This document shows, piece after piece, positions 9,987-20,409 of a DNA stretch of 64,000 nucleotides. Numbering within the stretch: the first letter of the stretch is position 1; each line of letters starts with the position of its first letter. A program made the translations under genes and the position numbers. Below the pieces are notes generated by a model that was given only the letters and a program-made list of their open reading frames with translations, was not told where the DNA came from and did not search any database. Source of the DNA: Sedimentisphaerales bacterium (lineage in GTDB: Bacteria > Planctomycetota > Phycisphaerae > Sedimentisphaerales > SM23-30); NCBI GenBank assembly GCA_963663965.2, contig CAXXFK010000013.1:160001-224000 (forward strand), written 5' to 3'.

Positions 9987-11304
9987 TTATTCGTGCCGCA
10001 GCGATTCGATCGGATCCATATTGGCGGCACGGTAGGCGGGGTAAAGGCCAAATACGATACCGACAAGCGTACTGATGCCAAAAGCCAGCAACAGGGAGGT
10101 GAAAGTGATTACGGTACGCATCTGGCTAAAGTGTGAGACAAACAGGGGTATCAGCAATCCAACAATAATTCCCAGAATGCCTCCTGAAAGAGTCAGCATG
10201 AGTGTTTCGGAAAGGAACTGGATGACAATATCCCGTTTCATTGCCCCCAATGCCCGGCGTATACCGATTTCACGAGTCCGTTCACTGACAGTAGCGAGCA
10301 TAATATTCATAATACCGATGCCACCGACGAGCAGTGAAATGGCGGCGATCGAACCCAGTACGATGGTAAAGATACGTTGGAAATCGCGCGCGCGCCGCAT
10401 CAGTTCCAACGGTACAATAACTTCGTAATCGTTCTTTTTATGGAAATCGGTTCAGCAGGGTCTGAATACTTCGGTGGGTATCGGGAACCAGGTCGATATT
10501 TTCAACCTGGACGATGATTTCCTGCAATTCGATACGTTCCATGGTCATCCCGCTAGTCGAACTCATCTGCATCGTGGTTTCGCCAAATCGGTTTTTGGCG
10601 GTAGTCAATGGAACATAGATGCCGCCAACATTAGCGCCGGCCGCTTTAGCCGCGCCGCTGGCGTCTTTATTGGTCTCGGGATCGGAGGATTTAGACGATT
10701 TGGATTGTTCGCTTGATGCGATTCCTACCACGCGATAGTAATCGCTACCGATTTTGATATCCTGCCCCATAGGATCGTCAAATCCAAACAGCGGTTGTAT
10801 GACTTTTTCTTCCACGACACAAATTCCCTGTTTGTATTGCATATCGGTGGTGCTAATGAAGCGGCCGAAGCGAGCGCGAACCGTAGAGATATCCGGGTAC
10901 CAGGGTACCGTGCCGATGACTTCAATAGGCACGCGCCGGTTGCGATAGAGCGCCTGCTGAGATAGCCGACGATTGGGCACCAGCACGCGAACGTTGGGTA
11001 TGCCATTTTGAAACCGGTCAGCATCATCGTAGGTTAGCCCGTATTCCTTAAGCATCTGCTGCTGGCCAATAGAAGAGTCGTCCTCTGGTGGCGGAACGGT
11101 TTTGATGATGATATTGCGGCTACCGAGTTGGGCGATTTTTTCCTGGGCGTCGCGACTGGCCCCTTCGCCTATGGCGAGCATGGCAATTACCGAAGAAACC
11201 CCAAAAATAATACCCAGGGCTGTCAGGCTGGAACGCAACCGATGCATCCAGAGACTCTTAATGCCCAGTAATAAGACTCGTTTAATACGAAATAACATCA
11301 GCAT
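9987..11304 (-). CDS. ABC exporter permease (MacB/FtsX family), split by one apparent +1 indel near 10440
   Basis: N-part [20 protein letters not shown]-part [28 protein letters not shown]. Removing one C restores ...[20 protein letters not shown]. Confidence 0.85.
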
Positions 11305-11310
11305 AATTAA

Positions 11311-12039
11311 TTACCGTTTATGGTTAAATTCTTCTTTATCGATGCGGCCATCGAACAGGCGGATCACGCGTTGCGCCCGCGCGGCGATTTGTTCATCGTG
11401 GGTTACGACAATCAAGGTCTTGCCTTCAGCATGCAATCGGTCAAGAATGCTCAAAATATCAGAGCCGCTGGTAGAGTCCAGGTTGCCTGTTGGTTCGTCC
11501 GCCAGAATAATCAACGGATCGTTGGACAGTGCCCGGGCAATCGCCACCCGCTGTTGTTGACCACCACTCAGTTCACTGGGTCGATGTTTGATCCGGTCAC
11601 CCAGTCCAACCAGATTAGCCAGTGCCCGGGCTCGTGCCGAATCGATCTGATGATTGCGAGACTGGTAATACATCGGGATCTCGATATTTTCTACGACATT
11701 TAACTGAGATATCAGGTTAAATGACTGAAATACGAATCCGATCCGAGCACCGCGTATCATTGATAATTGATTGTCATCCAGTGATCGGACACTCTGACCA
11801 CCCAGCAGATAATCACCGGCAGTGGGGCGGTCCAGACATCCAATCATGTTGAGCAAGGTTGATTTGCCCGATCCGCTGGGGCCCATAATAGCGACATATT
11901 CGCCGCTGCCGATTGTTAAATCAATATCCCGCAGGACTTTCAGCTCCATATTCGCGAGGAAATAACTCTTACAGAGTTTTTCCATGACAAGTATGGAACC
12001 GTCGTTGTTGAATTGAAATTTAGTTCGTGATGATCTCAC
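11311..12039 (-). CDS. ABC transporter ATP-binding protein (MacB/LolD type)
   Basis: Walker A GPSGSGKST, LSGGQQQRVAIARAL, ILADEPTGNLD, VTHD. Confidence 0.95.
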   Translation of the reverse strand: MRSSRTKFQFNNDGSILVMEKLCKSYFLANMELKVLRDIDLTIGSGEYVAIMGPSGSGKSTLLNMIGCLDRPTAGDYLLGGQSVRSLDDNQLSMIRGARIGFVFQSFNLISQLNVVENIEIPMYYQSRNHQIDSARARALANLVGLGDRIKHRPSELSGGQQQRVAIARALSNDPLIILADEPTGNLDSTSGSDILSILDRLHAEGKTLIVVTHDEQIAARAQRVIRLFDGRIDKEEFNHKR

Positions 12040-12090
12040 TGGTCTGGCTTTCTCGTCAGAGTAAGGTTTATTGTCGGGAGAAAGAACCGA

Positions 12091-14343
12091 TTAGTTGGTT
12101 GGGGCATTAGCGGGAGGATTGCCCTGGCCGCCAGTTGGGTTATTACCCGATTGTTGGCGGCGCCGTTGTCCCTGCTGGCCGCTGTCCTGGCCACTGCCCT
12201 CAGAATTGCCACGGAAACCGCCACCCTGGCCGCCACCTTCGGTGTTGCCGCGGAATCCTCCGCCCTGACCGCCACTCTGGCCACCACCCGCATTATTCAT
12301 GCGGTCGCGGAATCGCTGGCGCATTTCATCGGTAATTGGTGTCCCGTCGGGTAAGGTTGTGGGCATTTCACCGCTTTGCATCCGTTGACGGAATTGCTGG
12401 CGCATTTCATCAGTGATCGGAGTGCCGTCAGGCATCGTATTACGCGTGCCGCCAAATCCGCCGCGGTTTTGTCTGTTTTCACCAGTACCGTCACCACTGC
12501 CTTGCGGCTGAGCCGACGGGCCGCCACGACCAGGTTGCTGGTCGCCGGCCTGTCCCGGGGTCTGGACCTGGGGTGCCGCCTGATTCGGCGTGGTTTGATC
12601 GTCATCGGAAGATGTTTCTGTTGATTGTCCGGAAACCGACTGGTCCGTTTCGTTAAAGAGTGGCGGATTAAGTAAAATTTCTTCTCCTTCATCCAGACCT
12701 TCCACAATCTGAACGAAGATGTCATTAAACGCTCCCGTAGTCACTTCGCGTTCGACCGGCTGACCTTTTTCCATAACAAACACGACTTTGCGACCTTTGC
12801 GATTGGCGACGACCTGGATCGGCACGGTGATAATATTTTTCAGTTGCTGAACAAAAATTTCCACCTTGCAGGACATGCGGGTTCGAAGGAATTCGTGAGT
12901 GCCGTCGATCATGACCAGCGTTTTATAAACTTTGAGATCAGGATTCATAAACCCACGCTGTTCGTCGGGCAACGGTGCTACACTGATTACCTGGCCGGTT
13001 AACACTTTATCAGGAAATGCATCCATGATGATTCGCGCCGTCTGACCGGGTCGGACTTTATCCACTTCGGTTTCATGCACGCCGATTTCCGCGATCATTG
13101 TGGCAGTATCGGGCATGGAGATTAAAACCTGGCGTTCAAAAACAGATTCTCCAGGAGCGATGATCCCGCTGCCGCCTCCCCGGCCGCGCATGGCTGCCCA
13201 GGCATCGCCGCTGCCACCAGTGCCATAGATGACCAGGCCGGGTGCTTTGGCGCGGATGGTGCATTTGTCGATCAGGCCCTCAATCCATTCGACTGTGCGC
13301 TTTTGAGATTCCAGGCTTTCTTTCGCGCTGAGCAGACGGGCCTGAGCCTGTGAGATTCGCGAACGACACTGGGCAAAAGTCCGATCCAGTTGCCGGCCCG
13401 CTTCGATATAATCACTAAGAAATTGTTCAGCGTTTTTGGGAAAGTCGTATCGTAAAAACAGATCCCAGTTGACCTGGGCATCTTCCAGAGAAAATTGCCG
13501 GTTAACGACGGTTAAACGATCCCGGTCCAGGTCGAGGTTGGATACGTAACTGGCCTTATGCAGTTCTTCGGTTCCGGCCAGGGTAGCCAGAGAGGTTTTA
13601 AGATTGCCTTCAGCCAATATGATATTGTCATTCAAGCGTTTGAGATCCTGACCGGATGAAGAGCCATCCAGCAGGTTGGGGTCTTCTCTCACCATGCTCA
13701 GAAATGGCGCCACATGAGCAGTCAGGTCAACAATGTTATTGGCATCCTCAATCATCTTGTCGGCCAGCGCATTGCCCAGATATTTTTGCAGCGCCAACAG
13801 TGCAAAACGCAATTTAAGCTGGTTGGAGGCGATATCGCTTTCATTTTGCCGTTGTTGGATGTCATAGGCTTCCATGGCGGAGGTCATGGATTCTTCATCG
13901 TTGGCCAGACTGGTTTTTTCGCGTAACAGTTGGTCTTTCAGCGCCGATGAATCCAGTTCAACCAGAATCATGCCGTTATCGACATCTTCCTGAGTAACGT
14001 AGGTGCCGGCGGGAACGATATTGAGGATGGTCAGGCTGCCACCGCGACGTTCCACTTCGCAGGAATAAGTGATTGATTTATTGGCCCGGATACTGCCGCC
14101 TTCGGTGACGGTAATGGCCAGATCGCCGCGCCGGGCAGCCACTGTCCCGCCGGTATCCGCTTCTGAACCGGTCAATTTGGATTGAACGGCCAGCACACCC
14201 AGTCCGGAAGCGATTACAATAATGATTACAATCAGCAGGATTTTACCGTTTGATGAAGGCTTATCTGTCGCTACAGTCGGTTTGGCAATTCCTTGTTGAT
14301 TTCTATTTTCATTTGTTTCTTGAGCGCTCATATTGTCATCCAT
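12091..14343 (-). CDS. MacA/HlyD-like periplasmic adaptor with long helical insert and low-complexity C-terminal tail
   Basis: TM anchor, RGDL..TVTEGG, TIRAKAPGLVIY, beta-barrel, GLDEGEEILL, then a G/Q/R-rich tail. Confidence 0.85.
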   Translation of the reverse strand: MDDNMSAQETNENRNQQGIAKPTVATDKPSSNGKILLIVIIIVIASGLGVLAVQSKLTGSEADTGGTVAARRGDLAITVTEGGSIRANKSITYSCEVERRGGSLTILNIVPAGTYVTQEDVDNGMILVELDSSALKDQLLREKTSLANDEESMTSAMEAYDIQQRQNESDIASNQLKLRFALLALQKYLGNALADKMIEDANNIVDLTAHVAPFLSMVREDPNLLDGSSSGQDLKRLNDNIILAEGNLKTSLATLAGTEELHKASYVSNLDLDRDRLTVVNRQFSLEDAQVNWDLFLRYDFPKNAEQFLSDYIEAGRQLDRTFAQCRSRISQAQARLLSAKESLESQKRTVEWIEGLIDKCTIRAKAPGLVIYGTGGSGDAWAAMRGRGGGSGIIAPGESVFERQVLISMPDTATMIAEIGVHETEVDKVRPGQTARIIMDAFPDKVLTGQVISVAPLPDEQRGFMNPDLKVYKTLVMIDGTHEFLRTRMSCKVEIFVQQLKNIITVPIQVVANRKGRKVVFVMEKGQPVEREVTTGAFNDIFVQIVEGLDEGEEILLNPPLFNETDQSVSGQSTETSSDDDQTTPNQAAPQVQTPGQAGDQQPGRGGPSAQPQGSGDGTGENRQNRGGFGGTRNTMPDGTPITDEMRQQFRQRMQSGEMPTTLPDGTPITDEMRQRFRDRMNNAGGGQSGGQGGGFRGNTEGGGQGGGFRGNSEGSGQDSGQQGQRRRQQSGNNPTGGQGNPPANAPTN

Positions 14344-14365
14344 TTTTGAAGGCGGTTAAAGTAAA

Positions 14366-16084
14366 TTAATTAGTTTTTATCATATCTTGATCATTTTGCT
14401 CTTCAGAGGTGCCGGCCACGATGACCTCTTTCGGTTGATCCGGAATGTGCTGTTCCCACATTCCGTCCGGCCGAACCTGGAGAATACCGACATCGCGGAA
14501 GAAGCTCAGTTTGGCAATTCGGTGATCGACCAAAGCCCCGAGCAAATCATTCTGTGCCCTGACCAGCGAATCTTCAGATTGGAGCAGGAGACGAACGGTG
14601 CCACGGCCATATTTAAGCGAAAGTTTTTCCACCTCGACGCGCTGGCGGGCCAGATCCAGACCGATCTGCTGAATACGGTAGGTATCGGCGGTTTCTGACA
14701 GATTACGATAGGCGTCGCGAACACTCAGTTTAATTCCATCCAGTTCGCTGTCATAACTGCGTTGTTGCTGCTGTACTGAGATTAATGCCTGGCGATAAGC
14801 ATTTCTCTGGGATTTCTGATCAAGAGCTAAATCGGTTTCGAGACCTACCGAATACCGGCCTTTATTCAATCGTAAATCGACAAAATCCGTGCGCGGTTCG
14901 GAATTGACATTGGCGCTACCTACCAGATTGATTTGCGGCCCCAATCCTTCGGCGGCCAGAATCAGTTTTCGTTCCGAGTCATCCAGGCCATCTCGGGTAT
15001 TGGCCAGATCCAATCGCCAGTTCAGCGCCATCAGAATCGCCTCATCTTCCGTAAAGTCGATCGGGGTGATCCCTTCGTTTTCCAGATAGGTCAATTCGTT
15101 TGGATCCAGTCGAATCGGAGTTTCGATCGGCAGAGATAGTTTAATCTTGAAATTATCCAGTGAGGTTTCATAGCTGCGCCGTACGGAAACCAGGCTTTGT
15201 TCGGCGCTCAGCAAACTCTGTTCGGCTTCACCCAGATCATAGGCCGGACGCTGACCGACTTTCACTTCCATACGTAGCTGGTTAGTGGATTCTATCAGCC
15301 GTTGGTAACTGGCTTCCTGGATCATGACCCGGTTTTTTTGTTGAATCACCCGGTAATAGTCACTGATAACCGATACCACAAAATTCTGGCGATAGCGGTT
15401 AAATGACCGGATCTTATACATGACGGTTCGTTCCGCCTGGGTTAGATTTTCCCGGGCGGATTTGCCGGCGCCAGCGCCCAATAGCGGGGCGGCAACTGTC
15501 GCTGTAAGCACTGAACCAAGCGAGGTTTGTGGATCGCCAGTCAAAAAGCGCGCCCAATTTAAAGCCAGGCCAGTCCCAATTTGCAGGCCGTCGCCTACCA
15601 GAAAATCCTGATTGACACCTGTCGAACTGTTAACCGCAGTACTCTCATTGGTTCCCTGTTTACTGTAGGTGGCGTCCACGGTGCCAAACCACTGCATGGC
15701 ATACCGATGTCGGGTTAATGTCAGTCCCAGTACCGAAGAATAAAGCGATTCCTTCTGACTCTGGTATTCGCGGCTATAAAGGGTTGCCAGTTTCACCGCC
15801 TGGGCCAGATTGAGCATGCCTGATTCCGGAACTTGTTTCAGGATTTCTTCCTGGGTAGCGACTTTATCATCGACTTTATAATTGACTAAATAACCATAGT
15901 GATCCTGCCATTTATCTTCAATAATTTTATATACTTCTTTATCCGCCTGCTCTTTATATTGATCACGAGTGCAACCACCCATTCCCAAGATTAATGCGGT
16001 GATACCCAAAGTGATACTACCTCTAATGATTAAAACTCTGAACCAACCGGTGGGAACTTTTTTGCGTTGTCTTTTTAGATTCAT
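14366..16084 (-). CDS. TolC family outer membrane protein (lipoprotein-type)
   Basis: LGMGGC lipobox-like; two OEP-like helical repeats; first gene of the exporter operon. Start placed at ATG 16084 because the upstream ORF extension is AT-rich and looks non-coding. Confidence 0.8.
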   Translation of the reverse strand: MNLKRQRKKVPTGWFRVLIIRGSITLGITALILGMGGCTRDQYKEQADKEVYKIIEDKWQDHYGYLVNYKVDDKVATQEEILKQVPESGMLNLAQAVKLATLYSREYQSQKESLYSSVLGLTLTRHRYAMQWFGTVDATYSKQGTNESTAVNSSTGVNQDFLVGDGLQIGTGLALNWARFLTGDPQTSLGSVLTATVAAPLLGAGAGKSARENLTQAERTVMYKIRSFNRYRQNFVVSVISDYYRVIQQKNRVMIQEASYQRLIESTNQLRMEVKVGQRPAYDLGEAEQSLLSAEQSLVSVRRSYETSLDNFKIKLSLPIETPIRLDPNELTYLENEGITPIDFTEDEAILMALNWRLDLANTRDGLDDSERKLILAAEGLGPQINLVGSANVNSEPRTDFVDLRLNKGRYSVGLETDLALDQKSQRNAYRQALISVQQQQRSYDSELDGIKLSVRDAYRNLSETADTYRIQQIGLDLARQRVEVEKLSLKYGRGTVRLLLQSEDSLVRAQNDLLGALVDHRIAKLSFFRDVGILQVRPDGMWEQHIPDQPKEVIVAGTSEEQNDQDMIKTN

Positions 16085-16614
16085 AGTGCTTTGGTCTGAA
16101 ATAAATGGATAAGTCGATTGTTTCAGGCTACTATTCTTGCCTGGTCTTTTTTTTGATAATCGGTAAAAGATGCAATCAGTATCAAGAAGCAAAATGAGCT
16201 GATAATCTCTTGCTGATGCCATTTTAAACGCAATTTTGGAATTTAGCAGGTGAATTTTTTTATATAAATTTAAAAAAATGTAAAAGTTTTGTAAAGTAAG
16301 GGCCGGCGCCAGAGAAATCTGGTATGAGAAGTGTAAATCGAAGGATTCAGTTAAGAAATTCAAGTTTGTTATTGAACTTGATTCGGAAATTTAAAAGCGA
16401 CCGCAGATAATTTTCTATTTATCCGGCTTGGAAAGAGGAGTTTTTTATATTAATTTTTTAAACAATTGAAGTTTTCATAGAATCCTGGAACAAATAATAT
16501 AAAGAAGAATGAATTTATAGACAGGTTTTCTTGAAAAATAAAGATCAATGTGATGTAGATGATCTAATATAATTTCAAGAAATTCAAAAATTGCATAACA
16601 TGAATTTTGTGGAC

Positions 16615-16651
16615 ATAAAAGGGACCACGATACTTTTCAGTCTCGTGGTCC
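16615..16651 (-). terminator. Probable intrinsic terminator of the response regulator gene
   Basis: Stem GGACCACGA/TCGTGGTCC followed by TTTTAT on the minus strand. Confidence 0.6.
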
Positions 16652-16716
16652 GGGGAGTTAACAGGTAGGGTGGTTTATTCTGTTTCGTTCATTAACCAGA
16701 GTTTGAATCACTGGAT

Positions 16717-17295
16717 TTAGTGCATGACAGACAGCGTTTCATCAATACAATCGACGATTTTTGTTATTTCGAGGGGCCGTTCGATACAATTATCGAAACC
16801 CTGCTGTAGTAAAGCCTGAATTTCTCCTTCGGTCAGGTGACCCGTAACGGCGATGATACGGGTATCCTGTAATTCCGGATTTTGGCGAATAATCGCACTG
16901 ACTTTTTTGATGTCAATATCTTCAATCATAATATCGACTAAAATGATTTGTGGTCGGAACTGCTCGGCAATAAGTCCGGCGTCAAAACCGCCTTCGGCAA
17001 TTTGAGCTTCATAACGGCCATCGTTTTGCATCTGCTGGGCAAGAGTCCGGGCCAGTTCGGGATTCTTGTCGATTATGAGCACTTTGACGAGACCGCCATC
17101 CAGGCCATTGAGCGGGATTCCGTGGGCTTTCATGAAACGGATCAGTTGAGCGACGGGAATCCGCCGATCCTTGCTGCCCGGGATGCGATATCCCCTTAGC
17201 TGGCCGGTGTCGAACCATTTTGAAACCGTGCGGGGCGCCACATTGCAAATTTTGGCAACCTGGCCGGTAGTCAGTACATCTTTAGCCTTATCCAT
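16717..17295 (-). CDS. Response regulator: excisionase/MerR-like HTH plus C-terminal receiver domain
   Basis: LTTGQVAKICNVAPRTVSKWFD.G.L.GYRIPGS; receiver features VLIID, P.IILVDI, IIAVTG. Confidence 0.85.
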   Translation of the reverse strand: MDKAKDVLTTGQVAKICNVAPRTVSKWFDTGQLRGYRIPGSKDRRIPVAQLIRFMKAHGIPLNGLDGGLVKVLIIDKNPELARTLAQQMQNDGRYEAQIAEGGFDAGLIAEQFRPQIILVDIMIEDIDIKKVSAIIRQNPELQDTRIIAVTGHLTEGEIQALLQQGFDNCIERPLEITKIVDCIDETLSVMH

Positions 17296-17373
17296 GATCG
17301 ATTACCATTCGATTACCTGTAGATTCTCTCATCCAAAGCGGATTCCGGCGGCATATCAGACCGCCTCGAAAAG

Positions 17374-17394
17374 CAATTGTATCCTTTACAATTG
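17374..17394. promoter_or_regulatory. 8-5-8 inverted repeat upstream of the response regulator (possible operator)
   Basis: CAATTGTA-tcctt-TACAATTG, about 80 bp before the start codon. Confidence 0.35.
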
Positions 17395-17533
17395 TTAAAT
17401 CGGCATTCATTGTGCTGAGATTCAGATACAAGTATATTATTTTAATAAATATTCCATAGTTTACGGTTTTTGAGTCGGAATAACCGGTCGCCAGGTTTCT
17501 GGCTCGTACACCACAGTAATTGAAACAAGGTTA

Positions 17534-20020
17534 TCAGACCTCTGATTGCCGGATTGAGTTTTGTGGCACCGTGGTTTTTATGGCTTGTTCTATCGCCGAG
17601 CTCCGTTGCCTGATACGCTGTAAGTCATTGGCGGGTCGACTGTGACTGGGCTGTGGGATTTCCATCCGTTTTCGAATGCGTTCGAGTTCCTGCCGAAGCG
17701 ATTTATTGTCCCGAGTCAGAGTAAGAACTTTACGATAAGTATCAACCAGCTCTTGTGAGCGCTGAACCAGAGTTTGTTTTATCGTTACTTTATCGACGTT
17801 GAGAATATTTTCCTGCTGACGATGAACGCCAATGCGGTTTTTCAGTTGCGTATTGGATTGAGTTAAGGATTGACTCTGCCGTCGGTTATCCTGAAGTTCC
17901 TGACGCAGCTGACCCACCAGCTGATTCATGCTGTCAGCGGCCTGATTCCATTCGATTTTTTCCTGTTCGTATTGTTTTTTGATTAAATCGTTCTGCGCGG
18001 CAATTTGTCGGTGCAACTGGATTTCACGATCCAGTTGGCGCCGGATTTCTTCGGTTTGACTCTTCAAATTCTGGATTGCCTGATCCTTTTCTCTGATCTC
18101 GGCATGCTTTTGATTTTTTTCGGATTGATGCGCATTTTGAATTTTGTCGATTTGATCAATCAGTTCCGTTCGCAGAATCTTTTCATGGCGAATCTTTTCT
18201 TCGAGCCAATCCTTTTGCTGTTCCCATTTTCGATGTTCAATTTCAGCATTTTCGGATAAGTTCTTCATGGACTGTTCCAATTCATCATGCTGACGACGAT
18301 AGGAATCGCGAAGCTCATCCAATTCTGACTGCAGCCGGCGATGGGTGGCCTGATGCCGCTGGATTTCGGCTTCGAGATCGCATCGTTCCCGGGTCCATTG
18401 TTCCAGGAGGTGATGATGTTCGACCTGCGTGGCATTCAGGGCATCTTGAGAATCCCCCCAGTTTTTAGTAATTCGTTCAATTTCATTTTTTAGCTGGATT
18501 TCCAATTGATCCATGGCGTATTGCAAGTTGGCCCTGGCCTGTTCGTGAGCATCCCGGGCAGTTTGCATTTTTTCTTCCCAGCCATTTTCCAGTTGCTCGA
18601 TTTTACGAATATGGTCAGCGTTTGCCTGATCCTGATGGGCCTGGAACTCCGTTTCCATATGCTGGCGTAAACCCTGCCATTCTTTTGACCGGCGTTCCAG
18701 TTCATCATAAGCGTGGATCAGGAAAAGTTCAACTTCACGACGTTCATTTTCCAGCTGCCCGATCAGCTGATTGTCCTGCTGGCGCAAGGCCTGCCAGTGT
18801 TCTTCCTTATGTTGAATCTGGATTTGAAGTTGATTGATTTCTTCATCCAATTGATGGTGATTTTCTTTTATGGCCGCAATTTCTGTCAGGCGGTTTTTTT
18901 GTAGTTTGAGTTCCGCTTCCGTTTCTTCCCGTAAGGCAATTTCTTTGCGCAATTTATTATGCAGATCATCCCGAATATGAATCCAGGCATCCTTGCGAGA
19001 CTGGTAATCCTGTTGCAGGGCGGTTAAGGTTGATTCGATTTCAAGACGATGGGTTGTTTCACGCTGACATTTTTCTTCGAGTTCAATACGCTGGGTATTC
19101 CAGTCTTGACGAGCCGTATCAAGTTGTTGGAATGTCTGTTGCAGCGTATTTTCCAATTCTTTGTATTCCGCTTGTTTTTCGCGGAGTTCCTGTTGAAACC
19201 GTTTACGCTGATATTCCCAGTTCCTGAGTTGTTCTTTCAGTTTATCCTGATGCTCACGGAGTTGTGTGTTGGTTTTTTTATGATCAGCCAGAGTCTGTCT
19301 GACTTTTTCAGCCAGTTCGGCCTTTTCGGCTGCCCATCTTTCAACACGCCGGTTGAGCTCATCTTGCAATGAAGCCATCGTTTCATTGAGGGTATCACAG
19401 GTAGCGGATTTTTGCTGTAATTGCACGGCAAGCCGATCATTTTCCTGCCGATAAGATTCCATATCCTGTTTATGTTGTTGTTGAATTTGAATGAGAAGTT
19501 CTTCCGCCTGGCGTCGTTGCTGGCGCGATTGATCCAGCTCAGATAAAATTTGAGCGCGCTCTCGCGCCCATTCATCGATGCGCTGCTGGATTTCCTGTCG
19601 AGAGCGTTCCAGTGATTTTTCAGTTTCACGATGACGTGCAACTTCCTGTTTGAATTCTGCCATAAGCCCCGATTTTTCCGCCGCCCATTTTGCTGTTCTG
19701 TCCTTCATGTTGAATTTCAGTGTTTCAAGAGCTGATTCCGCAGAAAGACGTTCCTGCTGTTCCTGCTCAATAAGTTCTTCCAACTGGCGCCGCCGAACGG
19801 TCCATTCCCGTGAACGTTCATTCAGATTTTGGGTGACCAGGCGGAGTTCTTCTTCTGCTTGCCGGCGATAACTGATCTGCTGAGATAATTCCCGGCTGGC
19901 AGAATCCAGTTCCTGTGATTGTCGAATAATCTGTTGTTGAGATTGACGTTGGGCATCTTGCAGGTGCTTGTATTCGCCCATCATATGATTCATCTCTTCT
20001 GTAATTTCTTGCCATTCCAT
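17534..20020 (-). CDS. Long coiled-coil protein with 39-residue Trp-anchored repeats
   Basis: E/Q/R/K/L-rich with almost no P/G; W/Y spaced exactly 39 aa; GAGG before ATG 20020. Confidence 0.8.
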   Translation of the reverse strand: MEWQEITEEMNHMMGEYKHLQDAQRQSQQQIIRQSQELDSASRELSQQISYRRQAEEELRLVTQNLNERSREWTVRRRQLEELIEQEQQERLSAESALETLKFNMKDRTAKWAAEKSGLMAEFKQEVARHRETEKSLERSRQEIQQRIDEWARERAQILSELDQSRQQRRQAEELLIQIQQQHKQDMESYRQENDRLAVQLQQKSATCDTLNETMASLQDELNRRVERWAAEKAELAEKVRQTLADHKKTNTQLREHQDKLKEQLRNWEYQRKRFQQELREKQAEYKELENTLQQTFQQLDTARQDWNTQRIELEEKCQRETTHRLEIESTLTALQQDYQSRKDAWIHIRDDLHNKLRKEIALREETEAELKLQKNRLTEIAAIKENHHQLDEEINQLQIQIQHKEEHWQALRQQDNQLIGQLENERREVELFLIHAYDELERRSKEWQGLRQHMETEFQAHQDQANADHIRKIEQLENGWEEKMQTARDAHEQARANLQYAMDQLEIQLKNEIERITKNWGDSQDALNATQVEHHHLLEQWTRERCDLEAEIQRHQATHRRLQSELDELRDSYRRQHDELEQSMKNLSENAEIEHRKWEQQKDWLEEKIRHEKILRTELIDQIDKIQNAHQSEKNQKHAEIREKDQAIQNLKSQTEEIRRQLDREIQLHRQIAAQNDLIKKQYEQEKIEWNQAADSMNQLVGQLRQELQDNRRQSQSLTQSNTQLKNRIGVHRQQENILNVDKVTIKQTLVQRSQELVDTYRKVLTLTRDNKSLRQELERIRKRMEIPQPSHSRPANDLQRIRQRSSAIEQAIKTTVPQNSIRQSEV

Positions 20021-20409
20021 AAGGATGCCTCGTAAAAAGAACAAGCTTAGACCTGGTATCACATCCAGGGATTATTGTTCTCATCGTTACAAACCGACTA
20101 ATCCTTAAGGATTACCTTTCTCAACCGATGGAGTCTGTCGAATGATTCAATAAAACGGCGACATTTTGGGCGGCCCTATATGATCGAAATGAATAAATAG
20201 AATGCCAATGCGATTGTTTCCGATACTGATATGACGTTTTTATAGGGTCCCTTGAAGAAATTTGAATCGATTTGAATCTGGTCAGAAAATATTTGTAATT
20301 TATAAAAAAAGCCCCAAAATAAGAACTTAATGAATTATTCGGACGCGCTTAATATTGGTAGCGTCAGGCCGAACAAGGTATTGATTAATGATTGAATGGA
20401 GTCAGAATT

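Noticed and set aside
16085..16363. N-terminal extension of the TolC ORF
   Set aside because: AT-rich, promoter-like sequence; the signal and lipobox region follows ATG 16084.
17534..20062. SMC/SbcC ATPase
   Set aside because: No Walker A/B, signature motif or hinge; it is pure coiled coil.
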